Shown here: piece after piece, positions 20,884 to 31,707 of the stretch
How the letters are laid out: every line of letters begins with the position of its first letter
How positions within the stretch are numbered: the first letter of the stretch is position 1
Assembly (NCBI GenBank): GCA_963977015.1
Contig: CAXBMO010000001.1
Coordinates: 480,001 to 544,000 of the forward strand
DNA length: 64,000 nt
Source of the DNA: an uncultured bacterium
Lineage (GTDB): Bacteria; Verrucomicrobiota; Verrucomicrobiia; Verrucomicrobiales; DEV007
Reading direction: 5' to 3'
Notes under the pieces: model-generated
What the model was told of the DNA's origin: nothing
The model's database searches: none
Seen by the model: only the letters and a program-made list of their open reading frames with translations
Translations under genes and position numbers: made by a program

Positions 20884-21522
20884 TCACGAGGTCGCTTCCC
20901 GCGTCTTCTTTTTTCGATCAAACTTCGCTTCTGTTCCTGCCAGCAATCGGATGATGTTCGACTTGTGGCGGTAGATTGCCATCCCGCCAATGAATGCGGT
21001 GAGGACGAGTAACGGAATTTGCCAATTGCCAAAAAGTCCCTGGAGAAAAATGGAAGTTGGAAGGGTGAGGGCCGCCACGATGGAGCCCAGGGAAACGTAG
21101 CGTGTCGAAATAAACGTGATGCCCCAGAGTGCGATCGCCACCAGGATCGTCACGGGAATCAGCGGTAACAGCGCTCCTCCGGATGTCGCAATGCCTTTGC
21201 CGCCTTTGAATCCAAGCCAAACCGGAAAGTTGTGCCCCAGGATCGTTGCCAAACACGTCAAGACCGGCACGATTCCTTCCGGCTCGACCGAGCCGCAGGT
21301 CCAATTCGCCAGAAAAACGGGCCATACCCCTTTAAAAAAATCCATTACGAAGACCGTGATCCCGATCGGTTTTCCCAAGACTCGCAGCGCATTGGTTGCT
21401 CCAATGTTTCCACTGCCGTGTTTGCGGATATCCACCCCTTTCAGCTTTCCTGCGAGAAAGCCGAATGGAGTACTCCCGATGAGGTAGCCAACAGGAAGCC
21501 AGATGAAGGGAAGCCAAGACAT
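20884..21522 (-). CDS. plsY: Glycerol-3-phosphate 1-O-acyltransferase
   Basis: GSGNIGATNALR, DFFKG, GHNFP, FKGGKGIAT, RHKSNI. Confidence 0.93.
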   Translation of the reverse strand: MSWLPFIWLPVGYLIGSTPFGFLAGKLKGVDIRKHGSGNIGATNALRVLGKPIGITVFVMDFFKGVWPVFLANWTCGSVEPEGIVPVLTCLATILGHNFPVWLGFKGGKGIATSGGALLPLIPVTILVAIALWGITFISTRYVSLGSIVAALTLPTSIFLQGLFGNWQIPLLVLTAFIGGMAIYRHKSNIIRLLAGTEAKFDRKKKTREATS

Positions 21523-21604
21523 GTGCCTCTAACACAGCGTTGTTTTTCCCTTGAGGCAAGCTTTTGACAAGAATGTTACGGATCACTCGTCTGACCGCCG
21601 TGCC

Positions 21605-21853
21605 TCAGTCAACGCTGAGGTCCCGCAATGCTTCTTCGCGCGATTTCCAAGGGCGAGTGGGAAGTTCTCTCGGTGGTTTGGCGACTTTGCCTTCGTATTC
21701 GGGCAGGGTAGGTGGTTGAACCTCTTCCGGGTCGTCTGGAGCTTCGGTGATGCGGACCGTAACCCGGCTGCCCTCTGGAAATTGTGCCAGAAGGTCGACA
21801 ATTGTTGCCGCGGAATCTTTATCCACGCTCAACGTGATGCTGACCGGACCCAT
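21605..21853 (-). CDS. Small hypothetical protein
   Basis: 82 aa ORF filling the gap between polX and plsY on the same strand. Confidence 0.5.
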   Translation of the reverse strand: MGPVSITLSVDKDSAATIVDLLAQFPEGSRVTVRITEAPDDPEEVQPPTLPEYEGKVAKPPRELPTRPWKSREEALRDLSVD

Positions 21854-21917
21854 AATCCGCTAACATAGTGCTGCTTCCTCAATAGGCAAACGCCGCAACG
21901 TGGTGGAAGCGTCGCTG

Positions 21918-23657
21918 TTAGGATTCCGATTTGGCGACCAATGCATTCTCGACTTCTGCGAGCGGCAGGCAATTGATGACATTGTCTCGCGTGAGCCAGC
22001 CTTTGCGGGCTTGAAGGATACCGAAATGGAGATACTGCAGGTCTCCCGCGCGATGCGCATCCGGATTGATGGAGCACTTTACGCCTTTCTCCGTCGCCAG
22101 CTTCCACCAGCGCCAATCCATGTCCAGGCGCCAGGGATTGCAGTTCAGCTCGATGATCGTTTGGTTCGCGGCGCAGGCGTCGATGATCTTGGGAATGTTC
22201 AGGGCGTAGGGATCGCGCTGCAGCAGGAGCCGGCCCGTCAGGTGGCCGACCATGGTCACATGGGGATTCTCGATCGCCGAAAGCAGGCGCTTCGTCATTT
22301 CCGATTCCTCCAACTGCATCGCGTTGTGCACGCTCGCGACCACGTAATCCAACTCGCTCAGCAAATCGTCGTCAAAGTCGAGCCCGCCGTTCCGCAAAAT
22401 ATCCACTTCGGAGCCGGCAAACACCTTGAAGTCGCCGTCGAATCCCTCGTTCAGTTTGCGGATCTCCGCAATTTGCGCGCGCAGTCGTTCCTCGTTCAAG
22501 CCGTTTGCCTGAAAGGACGACTTGCTGTGGTCGGCGATGCCAAGGTATTGCAGGCCAAGCTCTTGCGCCGCTTCCGCCATCTCCTCCAGCGAATTTTTCC
22601 CGTCACTCGCAGTAGTGTGATTGTGAAACGTGCCGCGCAGATTCTCCCGCTCAATCAGCTTGGGCAGGTCTCCGGACTCCGCCGCTTCCACCTCGCCGGT
22701 GGCCTCGCGCAAAGCCGGATCAATCCAGTCCAGCCCCAGGGCGCGATAAACGTCTTTCTCTTCCTGAATTTTCGGCGTCTTCGCGTCACTGCCTTCCGTT
22801 GGAGCAAGCCGATACTCATTCAGTGTCAATCCGCGCTTCAACGCCCGGCTTCGCAATTGAATGTTGTGCTCTTTGCTGCCCGTGAAATAAACCAACGCGC
22901 ACGGATATTCCTCATTGGAGACCGCGCGCAGGTCGCATTGGACGCCGTTCTCCAACCGAATGGACGATTTGGTCGCGCCGTGAACCAACACTTCCGCCGT
23001 CCAGGGCTGTTCGACGAAGAAGTCCATCAGCGCCTGCGGTTCCTTGGTGGCGACGATGAAATCCAGATCATGAACGGTCTCTTTCCCCCGCCGAATCGAC
23101 CCCGCAGCTTCCGCCCGGCTCGTGGCCGGGTGCGACTTCAGCCCTTCCAGAATCGCCTCGACATGACCGGCGACATCGCCCAGACGAAACCGCCCGGCAA
23201 AGCTCTCCCGAAACGCGATCGCCTCGAGAATTTTCTGCACGCTCTTCGCGCCGAAGCCACTCAATTTGGAAGCCGCGCCACTTTCGCAGACCTCTTTCAG
23301 TTTCTCGATCGAATCCACTCCCAACTCCTCGTAGAGCGCCTTGGCCTTTTTCGGCCCCAATCCCTGCACCTCGAAAAGCTCAAAAATGGTGTCAGGAAAC
23401 TCGCTTCGCAGGTTCTCCCAGAACTCCATTTTCCCCTCCGTCACCAACTGATGGATCTTCTTCGCCAGGGCGTCGCCGATTCCCTTGATGGGCTTCAGTT
23501 CGTTGTCTTTCGCCAGTTGGATGAAGTCCCCACTAAAGGTCTCCACCGTTTCCGCCCCGGTGCGATAGGCTCTCACCTTGAACGGATTTTCTCCTTTCAG
23601 CTCAAGAAGCAGAGCAATTTGGCGCAGGATTTTCGCGATCTCCTCAAGGCTGGTCAT
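21918..23657 (-). CDS. polX: Family X DNA polymerase with PHP domain
   Basis: GENPFKVRAY, HhH motifs, GSIRRGKETVHDLD, CDLR, YFTGSKEHN; PHP motifs HNHTTASDG, DHS, DAH. Confidence 0.93.
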   Translation of the reverse strand: MTSLEEIAKILRQIALLLELKGENPFKVRAYRTGAETVETFSGDFIQLAKDNELKPIKGIGDALAKKIHQLVTEGKMEFWENLRSEFPDTIFELFEVQGLGPKKAKALYEELGVDSIEKLKEVCESGAASKLSGFGAKSVQKILEAIAFRESFAGRFRLGDVAGHVEAILEGLKSHPATSRAEAAGSIRRGKETVHDLDFIVATKEPQALMDFFVEQPWTAEVLVHGATKSSIRLENGVQCDLRAVSNEEYPCALVYFTGSKEHNIQLRSRALKRGLTLNEYRLAPTEGSDAKTPKIQEEKDVYRALGLDWIDPALREATGEVEAAESGDLPKLIERENLRGTFHNHTTASDGKNSLEEMAEAAQELGLQYLGIADHSKSSFQANGLNEERLRAQIAEIRKLNEGFDGDFKVFAGSEVDILRNGGLDFDDDLLSELDYVVASVHNAMQLEESEMTKRLLSAIENPHVTMVGHLTGRLLLQRDPYALNIPKIIDACAANQTIIELNCNPWRLDMDWRWWKLATEKGVKCSINPDAHRAGDLQYLHFGILQARKGWLTRDNVINCLPLAEVENALVAKSES

Positions 23658-23921
23658 GCCACAGCATCTAGCGCCAAACCCGGTCCTTCGCAATTGCCAA
23701 GCGTAGGCTTGTCAGGGTTAGGGAGCGATTGAAAATGATGACGGACGCGCAAGTTGTTCCTCTTTTTTAAGATTGGCTTCGCGTGATTTTAAGATGCGGC
23801 GCTTTTTCCGTCAGAAAATGCTGTTCGGGGCTTTGTGAGAAGGCTCATCGCCGCCCCGAGCCATCATTCCCAGTCGAAAAAATCACTCGCAGCGCGTCTC
23901 GACCTCATGTTCAAACGCTCC

Positions 23922-25427
23922 CTAGTGCGCGCCGCTTTCCAGGTCGACCGGTTTGTAGCCGCCCCGGGATTTGAAGTAGAAAAAGAGCCCGATGTAACAG
24001 AGCAACATGAAAACCGGAAGAATCGCGATTCTGGCAAGAGTCGCCTTCTTTTGCGCTTCCTGAATCTCGGTTACGGCTGCCTGTTCTTCCTCGGTGGCCG
24101 CCGCCAACTTTTCCCCATTAATCGTGGGAGCTTCGAGCCCGAGAATCGCTTTCTCCGGCTCGCCGACGACTTTGGCGTGAATCGCCGGCTGCTTCGCGAG
24201 CAGATCGGCATCCACAGACTGATCCTGGACAAGGCCGATGAGCGGGGCGCCGATGATGCCCATGAAAAGGACACCTACAGCCGAAACGCCATTGAGGGTA
24301 AGCGCGCCACCTTTGGGGAAACGTTCGGCCACGATGCCGAGCGTCGTGGGCCAGAGGAAGGTTTTGCCAAATCCGTAAAGCGTGGCGGCCAGCAGGATGG
24401 TGATTCCAACCGCTTTGGAGAGAAAGATGAGTCCGCAAACGGCGAGCGCGGCGCTTGCCATGAGCAATCCAAGCGGGGAAAGCCGATGAACGATGGGGCC
24501 CGCACAGAATCGCAACACGGTCATGATGAGGGAGGTGTAAATTAGAACCCAACCGGCGTTGATGCCGAGTTTCGTCATTTCCGGCTCCATCAGCTCGGTG
24601 ATCCAGGTATCGGTGCCAAGCTCGGTTGTGGCAAGTGGGCCGATCGTCACCAGCATGATGAGGAAGATGGGAGCACCCGGGCTTTTCGTGTAGATGCCCA
24701 CGCCGATGACGGTTGCCGCAATGAGTGTCCAGACCACGGCCATGGGAAGATCAAAAACGCGCCCAATCTCATTGAAGAGGAGGTAGCCGATGATGAGGAA
24801 ACCCAGCACGCCGACTTCTTTGAGCATGTCGCGGTAGGGGACACCGGCGGCGACCCGCTCGTTGACCGGGAATTTACACGGCAGCGTGAGAATGGTGTAA
24901 AAGATGACGGGAACGAGGAGCAGCCCCATTTTGAGCTGCCAGGTCTGGTCCTTGAGGAAAATCGCGACAAGTCCGCCAATGACCAATCCCAACGGCCACC
25001 CGGCATGGAGAATATTGAGCCACTTCGTTTTCTGCTTCTTATACATCGTGGCGACGACGGGATTGATGTAGGCCTCAACCGTTCCATTCCCCAGGGCGAC
25101 CACGAAACTGCCAATCCAGAGCGCCCAATAGCCGTTCGCGAAAATGATGATAATGGTCGAAGCGATCTGGCAGAAAATGGCGAAAAAGGCGGCGGTCTTG
25201 TAGCCGATTTTATCGATGATGAGGCTGAAAACGACGATCGTGATCGCGAATGGCCAAAGCCCGGCTCCCAAAATCTGGCCTTTTTGTGTTTCCGACAGGT
25301 TGAACTCCGTCTGCCAGTCGCCAATGACCATACTGCGGACGGAAAAAACAAAGGAAGTGGCAACGAGGGCGACAAAACAGGCCCAAAAGAGCTTTTTGTC
25401 GGGAAGAGGTGCTTCGGTTTGAGACAT
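23922..25427 (-). CDS. MFS transporter (paralog A)
   Basis: About 12 [32 protein letters not shown]. Confidence 0.88.
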   Translation of the reverse strand: MSQTEAPLPDKKLFWACFVALVATSFVFSVRSMVIGDWQTEFNLSETQKGQILGAGLWPFAITIVVFSLIIDKIGYKTAAFFAIFCQIASTIIIIFANGYWALWIGSFVVALGNGTVEAYINPVVATMYKKQKTKWLNILHAGWPLGLVIGGLVAIFLKDQTWQLKMGLLLVPVIFYTILTLPCKFPVNERVAAGVPYRDMLKEVGVLGFLIIGYLLFNEIGRVFDLPMAVVWTLIAATVIGVGIYTKSPGAPIFLIMLVTIGPLATTELGTDTWITELMEPEMTKLGINAGWVLIYTSLIMTVLRFCAGPIVHRLSPLGLLMASAALAVCGLIFLSKAVGITILLAATLYGFGKTFLWPTTLGIVAERFPKGGALTLNGVSAVGVLFMGIIGAPLIGLVQDQSVDADLLAKQPAIHAKVVGEPEKAILGLEAPTINGEKLAAATEEEQAAVTEIQEAQKKATLARIAILPVFMLLCYIGLFFYFKSRGGYKPVDLESGAH

Positions 25428-25676
25428 CGCAGAAGGTTTGTGGGATTGGAAGCCCGCATTGTTTCGAAAATGGAATTGAAATCAATGCTTTTGTCAGGAG
25501 CAATCCTATTCGGGCCTCTCAATCTTCGAATTCTGAAGTTCTCTCAAGGTTTTGAACTTGTCCTCGACGTTGAGTGTGTTAAGAAAGGCGACTTTTGCCC
25601 GTGTATCCCTCCCCACACGCGGGTAATCCAGCTAACTAACTTCTTTAGCATCCAACACGAAAAACCACCTTCACGA

Positions 25677-27308
25677 ATGATCAGTACGATGAAATCCGAC
25701 GGCATTACGGACAATGCCAGTCGACTACTTTGGGCCGGATTTACGGCGATTTTAGCCGCTGGGGTCGGCTTTGCCATCCGCGGCGGAATTTTTGACAACT
25801 GGGCCGACGAGTTTGGCTTCACCGGCTTGGAACTCGGCCAAATTGGAGGCGCGGGTTTCACCGGCTTCTGTTTTGGAATTATCATCGGGGGGGTCGTGGT
25901 CGACAAGATCGGTTACGGAAAGCTGGTCATCGCGGCGTTCGCGTTTCACGTGGCATCCGCCTTCATCACCTTTCTCGCGACAGGCGCACCCGATGGAGCT
26001 TCACCTGAAGAAGTTGCGGCAGCTCACCAATCCGGTTTCACATTCCTGAAATGGGGCATGTTCGTCTTCGCATTGGCGAATGGAACTTTGGAAGCCGTTG
26101 CCAACCCCTTGGTTGCGACGCTCTTTCCCACCAAGCGGACGCACTATCTCAACATCCTCCACGCCAGTTGGCCTGCAGGTTTGGTGCTTGGCGCCGCTGT
26201 CGGTTGGGTCCTCGACGAAGGTTTGGGGCTGAGCTGGAAGATGCAACTCGCACTCTACCTGATCCCCACCATCGCTTATGGTGTGATGTTCTTTGGCCAG
26301 AAGTATCCGAAATCTGAGGCCAGCGAAAAAGGCGTTGCCTACGGAGACATGTTCAAGGACGTCGGTCTCCTCGGTGGAGCGGTTGTGGCTTATCTCCTGG
26401 CTTTGTTCTGCCTCAAGACACTCGGCTTTCCTGATATCGCCGGATACGGCATTGGTTTCGTGATCCTGATTGCGATCGGGGTCATCACCAAGTTCTCGAT
26501 TGGCGCGATTCTGCTTTTCGTCCTCTTCGTGACGCACGCCTTGGTTGGTGCCGTTGAGTTGGGAACCGACCAATGGATGCAGAACATCACCGGGAATATT
26601 CTGAGCCCGGGTGAAGGCAAGGCGCTCTTCATCTGGACGTCGCTCGTGATGTTTGCCCTGCGATTCTGTGCGCATTTCATCGAAAGCCGCCTCAAGCTGT
26701 CGCCTGTCGGCATTCTTTTCGTCTGTGCGGTGCTGGCCTTCATTGGCTTGAACCTCACTGCAGCCGCCTCCGGATTCGCGATGGCGTTCATCGCTCTCAC
26801 GATCTACGGCGTCGGCAAGACGTTCTTCTGGCCAACCATGTTGGCTGTGACGGGAGACCGTTTCCCACGATCCGGTGCTGTTGCCATGTCGCTCATGGGT
26901 GGAATCGGAATGATGAGCGCAGGGCTCATTGGTTCTGAGGGATTGGGTTATGCCAAAGACCGTTTTGCCGGTGAGGAATTGAAAAAGGCAGATGCTGCTT
27001 TGTTCGAAGAATACAAGTCTGACAAGCCTTCGAAATGGCTTCCAATTCTCCCCGAGGCAACTGGACTCGATGGAACCAAACTGGGCGAAGCCAAGGGAGC
27101 CGAAGAGCGGACAGCTGCTCAGCAAACCGTGGTTGAAGCCGACATTCGCGGCGATCGCAAGACACTCCGCGCGGATGCGTTCATTCCGCTGACGATGGCT
27201 GCGGTCTACTTGTGCCTCCTCTTGTGGTTTAAGGCCCGTGGCGGTTACAAGCCGGTGAATATCGACGGTGAGGCGTTGACCGGTGGAGTTGAGGGACCTG
27301 TCGCCTAA
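25677..27308 (+). CDS. MFS transporter (paralog B)
   Basis: [30 protein letters not shown]; start trimmed to ATG 25677 (25689 also possible). Confidence 0.86.
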   Translation: MISTMKSDGITDNASRLLWAGFTAILAAGVGFAIRGGIFDNWADEFGFTGLELGQIGGAGFTGFCFGIIIGGVVVDKIGYGKLVIAAFAFHVASAFITFLATGAPDGASPEEVAAAHQSGFTFLKWGMFVFALANGTLEAVANPLVATLFPTKRTHYLNILHASWPAGLVLGAAVGWVLDEGLGLSWKMQLALYLIPTIAYGVMFFGQKYPKSEASEKGVAYGDMFKDVGLLGGAVVAYLLALFCLKTLGFPDIAGYGIGFVILIAIGVITKFSIGAILLFVLFVTHALVGAVELGTDQWMQNITGNILSPGEGKALFIWTSLVMFALRFCAHFIESRLKLSPVGILFVCAVLAFIGLNLTAAASGFAMAFIALTIYGVGKTFFWPTMLAVTGDRFPRSGAVAMSLMGGIGMMSAGLIGSEGLGYAKDRFAGEELKKADAALFEEYKSDKPSKWLPILPEATGLDGTKLGEAKGAEERTAAQQTVVEADIRGDRKTLRADAFIPLTMAAVYLCLLLWFKARGGYKPVNIDGEALTGGVEGPVA

Positions 27309-27346
27309 CGGTGAACGGAACTGGAACTCAATGGTTCAAATCTCTG

Positions 27347-27382
27347 GAAGGGCAGCCCGCAAGGCTGCCCTTCTTTGGTTTT
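27347..27382 (+). terminator. Intrinsic terminator
   Basis: gaagggcagcc-cgcaa-ggctgcccttc followed by tttggtttt. Confidence 0.8.
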
Positions 27383-27414
27383 AGGAAGTCTCCAAACTTA
27401 CAATCAACCATCGA

Positions 27415-28467
27415 ATGTTCGGTTTTCTCGACAGTCCCTGTAAACGCTGCAACCCGGCGGATCACAGCATCTATCGGGCTTATTTCTGTGGGGTATCGAC
27501 GCAGCTTGCGCGCGACTATGGTAACTGGGCGCGTTCCCTGACCAATCGCGACAGCACGTTTGTGTCGCTCTTGGGTGCGTCGTTGGAACCCGAAGAACCT
27601 CGACGCGAGTCGCTTACCTGCTGTAACCCATTGGCGAAAGAGAGGAATCTCTATAGCTGCGATCCTCATTCTCGCTACGCAGCCGCTGTTACCATCTGTG
27701 GGATTTGGACCAAGCTTCGGGACGATTCGATGGACGAAACCTGGCTGAGGCGCGGAGTAAGCCGGACCTTGATGGCGGCACTGGAGCGTTCGGTCGGAAA
27801 GGCGGAAGCGATTCTGATTTCTGGCGGATTTCCGGTCGAAACCGTGCATCAGGCGTTGGGTCGGCAGGAATCGGTCGAGTTGGATTCATCGAGGGATTGG
27901 GAAACGTGTTCGGAGCCGACCGCGGTAGCGTTTGGCAAAATTTTCGGGCATTCCGCAACTAGTGAATCAAACCCCAAATTGGAAGCTGCGGGCGCGTCCC
28001 TGGGGCGAATCATCTACATGCTGGACGCGGTGAAAGATCAGGAGACCGATCGAAGCCGGGGGCGTTTCAATCCATTGATCGAGTCGCGACGGACCATCGC
28101 CGAACTCTGGGATTGGCTGGGAGCCGAGTTGAAGCAGGTTGAGCAAGCTTTCAGCGCGATTTCCTTCTTTCGGAACGAGAGTCTACTGCAATCCATTCTA
28201 TTTGATGGCGTCGGAGCGAAAGTGGCTGCGGCAGGTCACGGGGTTGGGACAAGGGCTTCGTTTTCATCGGAGACCGCATCCAAAAGGAAGAAAAAGAGAA
28301 GGAAAAAGCGTTCTCCAGATCAGAAATCCCGTTGGTATGAAAGTTGTTGCGACCCGTGTCTGTGGTGCCCCGGAGATTGTGGCTGCGGTTCCGGAACAAG
28401 TTCAGCCGGAGACGGCTGTGGAGTGTGTGATTGCGGCGGATGCGATTCCTGTGGATGCGACTGCTGA
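27415..28467 (+). CDS. DUF5685-family protein with basic linker and Cys-rich C-terminal tail
   Basis: MFG...YRAYFCG...ARSLTNRD, KLRDD, GRIIYMLDAVKD...GRFNP; 13 Cys in the last 40 aa. Confidence 0.75.
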   Translation: MFGFLDSPCKRCNPADHSIYRAYFCGVSTQLARDYGNWARSLTNRDSTFVSLLGASLEPEEPRRESLTCCNPLAKERNLYSCDPHSRYAAAVTICGIWTKLRDDSMDETWLRRGVSRTLMAALERSVGKAEAILISGGFPVETVHQALGRQESVELDSSRDWETCSEPTAVAFGKIFGHSATSESNPKLEAAGASLGRIIYMLDAVKDQETDRSRGRFNPLIESRRTIAELWDWLGAELKQVEQAFSAISFFRNESLLQSILFDGVGAKVAAAGHGVGTRASFSSETASKRKKKRRKKRSPDQKSRWYESCCDPCLWCPGDCGCGSGTSSAGDGCGVCDCGGCDSCGCDC

Positions 28468-28582
28468 CAGTGCTCGACCTGATGGTTTTGAGAAACTCCA
28501 AGAGCTCAATTTCTCCTTGCAAGGCCGAACTCCCAAGAGAGATTGAGACTCAATCTCAAAGAAAAACACGCCCATCACTATC

Positions 28583-29191
28583 ATGTTTCGTTCGTTTGCC
28601 GTCCTTCTTCCGTTCCTCCTCATCGCTCAGTCCAACGCTGCTGAACTCGTGGCCGGAATGGTCGATTTTCCCAAAATCCAGCGCCACTACTATCGCACCG
28701 CGATGGAGCAGAAAGCCATCACCGAAAAGCGCGAAGAAGAAACGAAGAAGCTGGAGGAGACCCTGACCGAGAATCGCTCCAAGGTTGAGGAATTGCTCAC
28801 CGCGCAGAAAGAGGCGCAACAGCAACTGCAGGACCCAACCTTGTCCGACGCCAAGAAGCAGGAAACCCTCGAAGCGGCTCAAAAACGCGCGGCGGAGATC
28901 AACGAATTTCAAACCAAGGTCCAACAACAACAGTTGACCGCGCGAAATGCCCTGATTCAGCAGGCGGATCAAGCCAACGTCGCGCTCCTGACGGAGATCA
29001 ACGACGCCATTCGTTCCGTCGCCGAGGAGAACGCGGTCGATTTCGTGATGAACCGCACCTTCGGTGTCCGCGGGATCCCGACGTTCCCCTACGCTTCCGC
29101 CAAAAACATTCTCGACCTGACTGACGAGGTCATCGCGAAGCTGAATCAAAGCGCGCCGGAAGGCTGGGCGCCCGGGAAAGAAGGGGAGTAG
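28583..29191 (+). CDS. skp: OmpH/Skp periplasmic chaperone
   Basis: Signal peptide, GMVDF, long coiled coil, DLTDEVIAKLN. Confidence 0.8.
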   Translation: MFRSFAVLLPFLLIAQSNAAELVAGMVDFPKIQRHYYRTAMEQKAITEKREEETKKLEETLTENRSKVEELLTAQKEAQQQLQDPTLSDAKKQETLEAAQKRAAEINEFQTKVQQQQLTARNALIQQADQANVALLTEINDAIRSVAEENAVDFVMNRTFGVRGIPTFPYASAKNILDLTDEVIAKLNQSAPEGWAPGKEGE

Positions 29192-29216
29192 GTAGCGGCC
29201 AAGCCGACTTGTTGCC

Positions 29217-30584
29217 TCAATCCCGAACCAGCTTTCTCACCGCCTCCAAATAGGTTGTCACGGATGGCCGCGGATTCCGGTCGTGCGATTTCTCGATGCG
29301 TTCGACGGCTTCTTGGTATTCGCCTTTCTCGACCGAAATGCGTCCGAGCTGGAGGTAGGCGTTGGCGGCGTGTTCCGGGAGCAGAGCGGCTTGTTCGAGA
29401 ACCATTTCGGCTTCGACGAGTTCCTTCCGGGTTTGGTGAAATCTCCCCAGTGTGATGATGGCCTGGCCGTCGAGTGGGTCGTTCTCGACCAGTTCGCGAA
29501 TCGTGGCGATGGCCTCGTCCTGGTCGCCGTTTTCGAAGGCGATCAGGGCTCCAATGCGGGTGAGTTCGGCGTCGTCGGCATTGGGGTAGGCAGCCAAAAT
29601 GAGGGCGTGAAGCTTTTCGGCTTTGTTCCAGTGTTCCCGGTCGCCCAGAAAGCGAAGGGCAGACACGATACTGGTTAGCGAGGGGAGGTTCTCGGGCTCT
29701 TTTAAGGCATTCGCATAGGCGTGAAGCGCGGCTGATGACAGATCGTTAGCGAGATAGAGATGACCCAGTGTCAAACGCTCGGAGGGGCCGCCCGCGCCAA
29801 ACGCCTCGAGGATTTCAAACGCACTGATGGCCGCCGTTTCGTCTTCGTTTTGCTGGAGGGCGTAGGCGAGATTTTTCCACACCATGGTATCGGTGGGATT
29901 CTGCTTCAGAATTTCGCGATAGAGAGCGATGGCGGCGACGGTTTGGTGGGTTTGCTGGAGGGCGACGGCTTCTCCCATCTTCCATTGCACTTCTTTGGGC
30001 ATGGAAATTTGGGCCAGCCGGTAGGATTGGAGGGAGGATTGGTAGTTTTCGTCGATCGCATGGCAATAGCCGAGCATTCCGAGCGTGAGACCGTCGCTCG
30101 CGCCGAGTTCGACGGCGCGGATCAGGTGTTTTTGGGCCTCCTCGTATTCTTCCAGTTCGATGAGGGAGATGGCGAGGTTGCGATGGGCGTCGCGGAAATT
30201 CGGGAATCTAGCGAAGGCGTTCCGGAACGTTTCAGCGGCGGATTCGGCTTCGCCCGCTTCAAATTGGAGGTTGGCGAGGGTGAAGAGCATCGCGGGGCTT
30301 TCCTGAGTGATGGAGGCGCCTTCGAACAAGGAGATGGCCGCATCGCGATCGCCCTTGGCCATGAGTTCTGCGGCATCGTTGAGGTATTCCTCCTCGTCAA
30401 CGGTGATGACCGGTTCGATGCGGGAGTCGATGCCATAGCTGCCCGTGAGGACCTTTTGAAATTCCTCGGATTTCCACAGGGGAGAGATTGGGAGGGGCGC
30501 GAGAGTCGGTTCGGCAAGGGACGTGGAAACGGGGATTACCCCGGCGATGCCAATGATGCGTAGCAATGAGAGAAGTCGGATCAT
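29217..30584 (-). CDS. Exported TPR protein (TtpD-like), last gene of TonB module
   Basis: Signal-like N-terminus MIRLLSLL and multiple TPR-like helical repeats. Confidence 0.8.
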   Translation of the reverse strand: MIRLLSLLRIIGIAGVIPVSTSLAEPTLAPLPISPLWKSEEFQKVLTGSYGIDSRIEPVITVDEEEYLNDAAELMAKGDRDAAISLFEGASITQESPAMLFTLANLQFEAGEAESAAETFRNAFARFPNFRDAHRNLAISLIELEEYEEAQKHLIRAVELGASDGLTLGMLGYCHAIDENYQSSLQSYRLAQISMPKEVQWKMGEAVALQQTHQTVAAIALYREILKQNPTDTMVWKNLAYALQQNEDETAAISAFEILEAFGAGGPSERLTLGHLYLANDLSSAALHAYANALKEPENLPSLTSIVSALRFLGDREHWNKAEKLHALILAAYPNADDAELTRIGALIAFENGDQDEAIATIRELVENDPLDGQAIITLGRFHQTRKELVEAEMVLEQAALLPEHAANAYLQLGRISVEKGEYQEAVERIEKSHDRNPRPSVTTYLEAVRKLVRD

Positions 30585-30600
30585 TCTGATGGGAAGCGGG

Positions 30601-31293
30601 CTATTGAAGTTCAAGCGGCCATTGAAATTTGGCGGAGACGGAGCGTCCGTCTTTCTTGGGAGCTGTGAAACGGGCGCGGGCCGCGAAGGAACGGGCCATG
30701 CTGACAAATTCCGGGTGAGAGGAATCGATCACCCGCAAAACCGTGGGAACCCCGGTTGGGGAGATTTCGATTTCCAGGGTCACGCGCCCTTTGTTGATTC
30801 CCCGTTTGCGCATGGAGCTGGGGAAGGTGACTTGAGGTCGATTGAGAAGGCGTGGCTGGGAGTCGAGGTCGCGCAGGAAAAACGACATCCGTTCGCGTGA
30901 CTGATCTCGATTGGGTAGAAATTGGGCTGTGAGCATCTGCTTCGGCACGGCGAGCTCCATCGTGGCCTTGATGGCGGGAGCCGGGGAGTCAATCTGGATG
31001 TCGAGCTTTGGAAGTGGGGGCGCCTTCGGTGGGGGCGGAGGCGCGGATGGTGGCGGTGGCGGCGGAGGAGCCGGGATATCGACGGCGGAGGTTCCCTGCA
31101 AGGTGCGAATGGTCACTTCCGGTTCGATGCGACGCGTTTCCAGCCATCGGGTGAATACGAGAAACGCGATGAGCACGATGGTAAGGAATCCGGCCACGAG
31201 GAAGCGCAGGGATTCCCGCAGGGCGTTTCCGGAGCGGCGGGAGGTTTGTTCCCGGGTGGAGGTAAAGGTTGAGGCTGAGGATGGGGGAATCAT
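30601..31293 (-). CDS. tonB: TonB family energy transducer (short)
   Basis: TM anchor, poly-Pro stretch, C-domain (P...R.GINKGRVTLEIEISPTG...ARFTAPKKDG). Confidence 0.85.
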   Translation of the reverse strand: MIPPSSASTFTSTREQTSRRSGNALRESLRFLVAGFLTIVLIAFLVFTRWLETRRIEPEVTIRTLQGTSAVDIPAPPPPPPPSAPPPPPKAPPLPKLDIQIDSPAPAIKATMELAVPKQMLTAQFLPNRDQSRERMSFFLRDLDSQPRLLNRPQVTFPSSMRKRGINKGRVTLEIEISPTGVPTVLRVIDSSHPEFVSMARSFAARARFTAPKKDGRSVSAKFQWPLELQ

Positions 31294-31707
31294 TCACTCA
31301 CGAATGGTGGAGACAAAGACCTGGTGGGCGCCAGCAAGTTTGGCTTCGTCCATCACTTGGACCGTGGTTTCGGTCGGGGTTTGTTGATCGGCTTGGATGA
31401 TGATGGGCATCTCTCCGTCGCGAATGAGTCGACCGACGACGGAACGGACCCCGGCAACACCGATTTCGCGACCGCCGTAGTGGACGGTGCCGCTGGAGCT
31501 GATGCCGATGAGGATGCTGTTTTTCTCCAGATCCTGTTGGCTCGCGGCGCGTGGTTTGTTGATTTCGATCCCCGTTTCCTCGACGAAAACCGTCGTGACG
31601 ATGAAGAAAATCAAGAGGATGAACACCACGTCGATGAGGGGCGAAATGTTGATCTCGCTGGTTTCATTTTCCGGCGGCTGGTTTTGAAATCGGGAAAAGT
31701 GACTCAT
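31294..31707 (-). CDS. exbD: ExbD biopolymer transporter
   Basis: INISPLIDVVFILLIFFIVTT; IIQAD...VMDEAKLAG. Confidence 0.92.
   Translation of the reverse strand: MSHFSRFQNQPPENETSEINISPLIDVVFILLIFFIVTTVFVEETGIEINKPRAASQQDLEKNSILIGISSSGTVHYGGREIGVAGVRSVVGRLIRDGEMPIIIQADQQTPTETTVQVMDEAKLAGAHQVFVSTIRE

Noticed and set aside
21900-23732. 610 aa plus-strand ORF
   Set aside because: Antisense shadow of polX with no motifs; expected from codon bias.
25005-25676. N-terminal 224 aa of the 767 aa MFS ORF
   Set aside because: Overlaps the divergent MFS gene; paralog alignment places the start near 25677-25689.
31021-31075. GGC/GGT-rich low-complexity repeat
   Set aside because: Encodes the TonB poly-proline tract.
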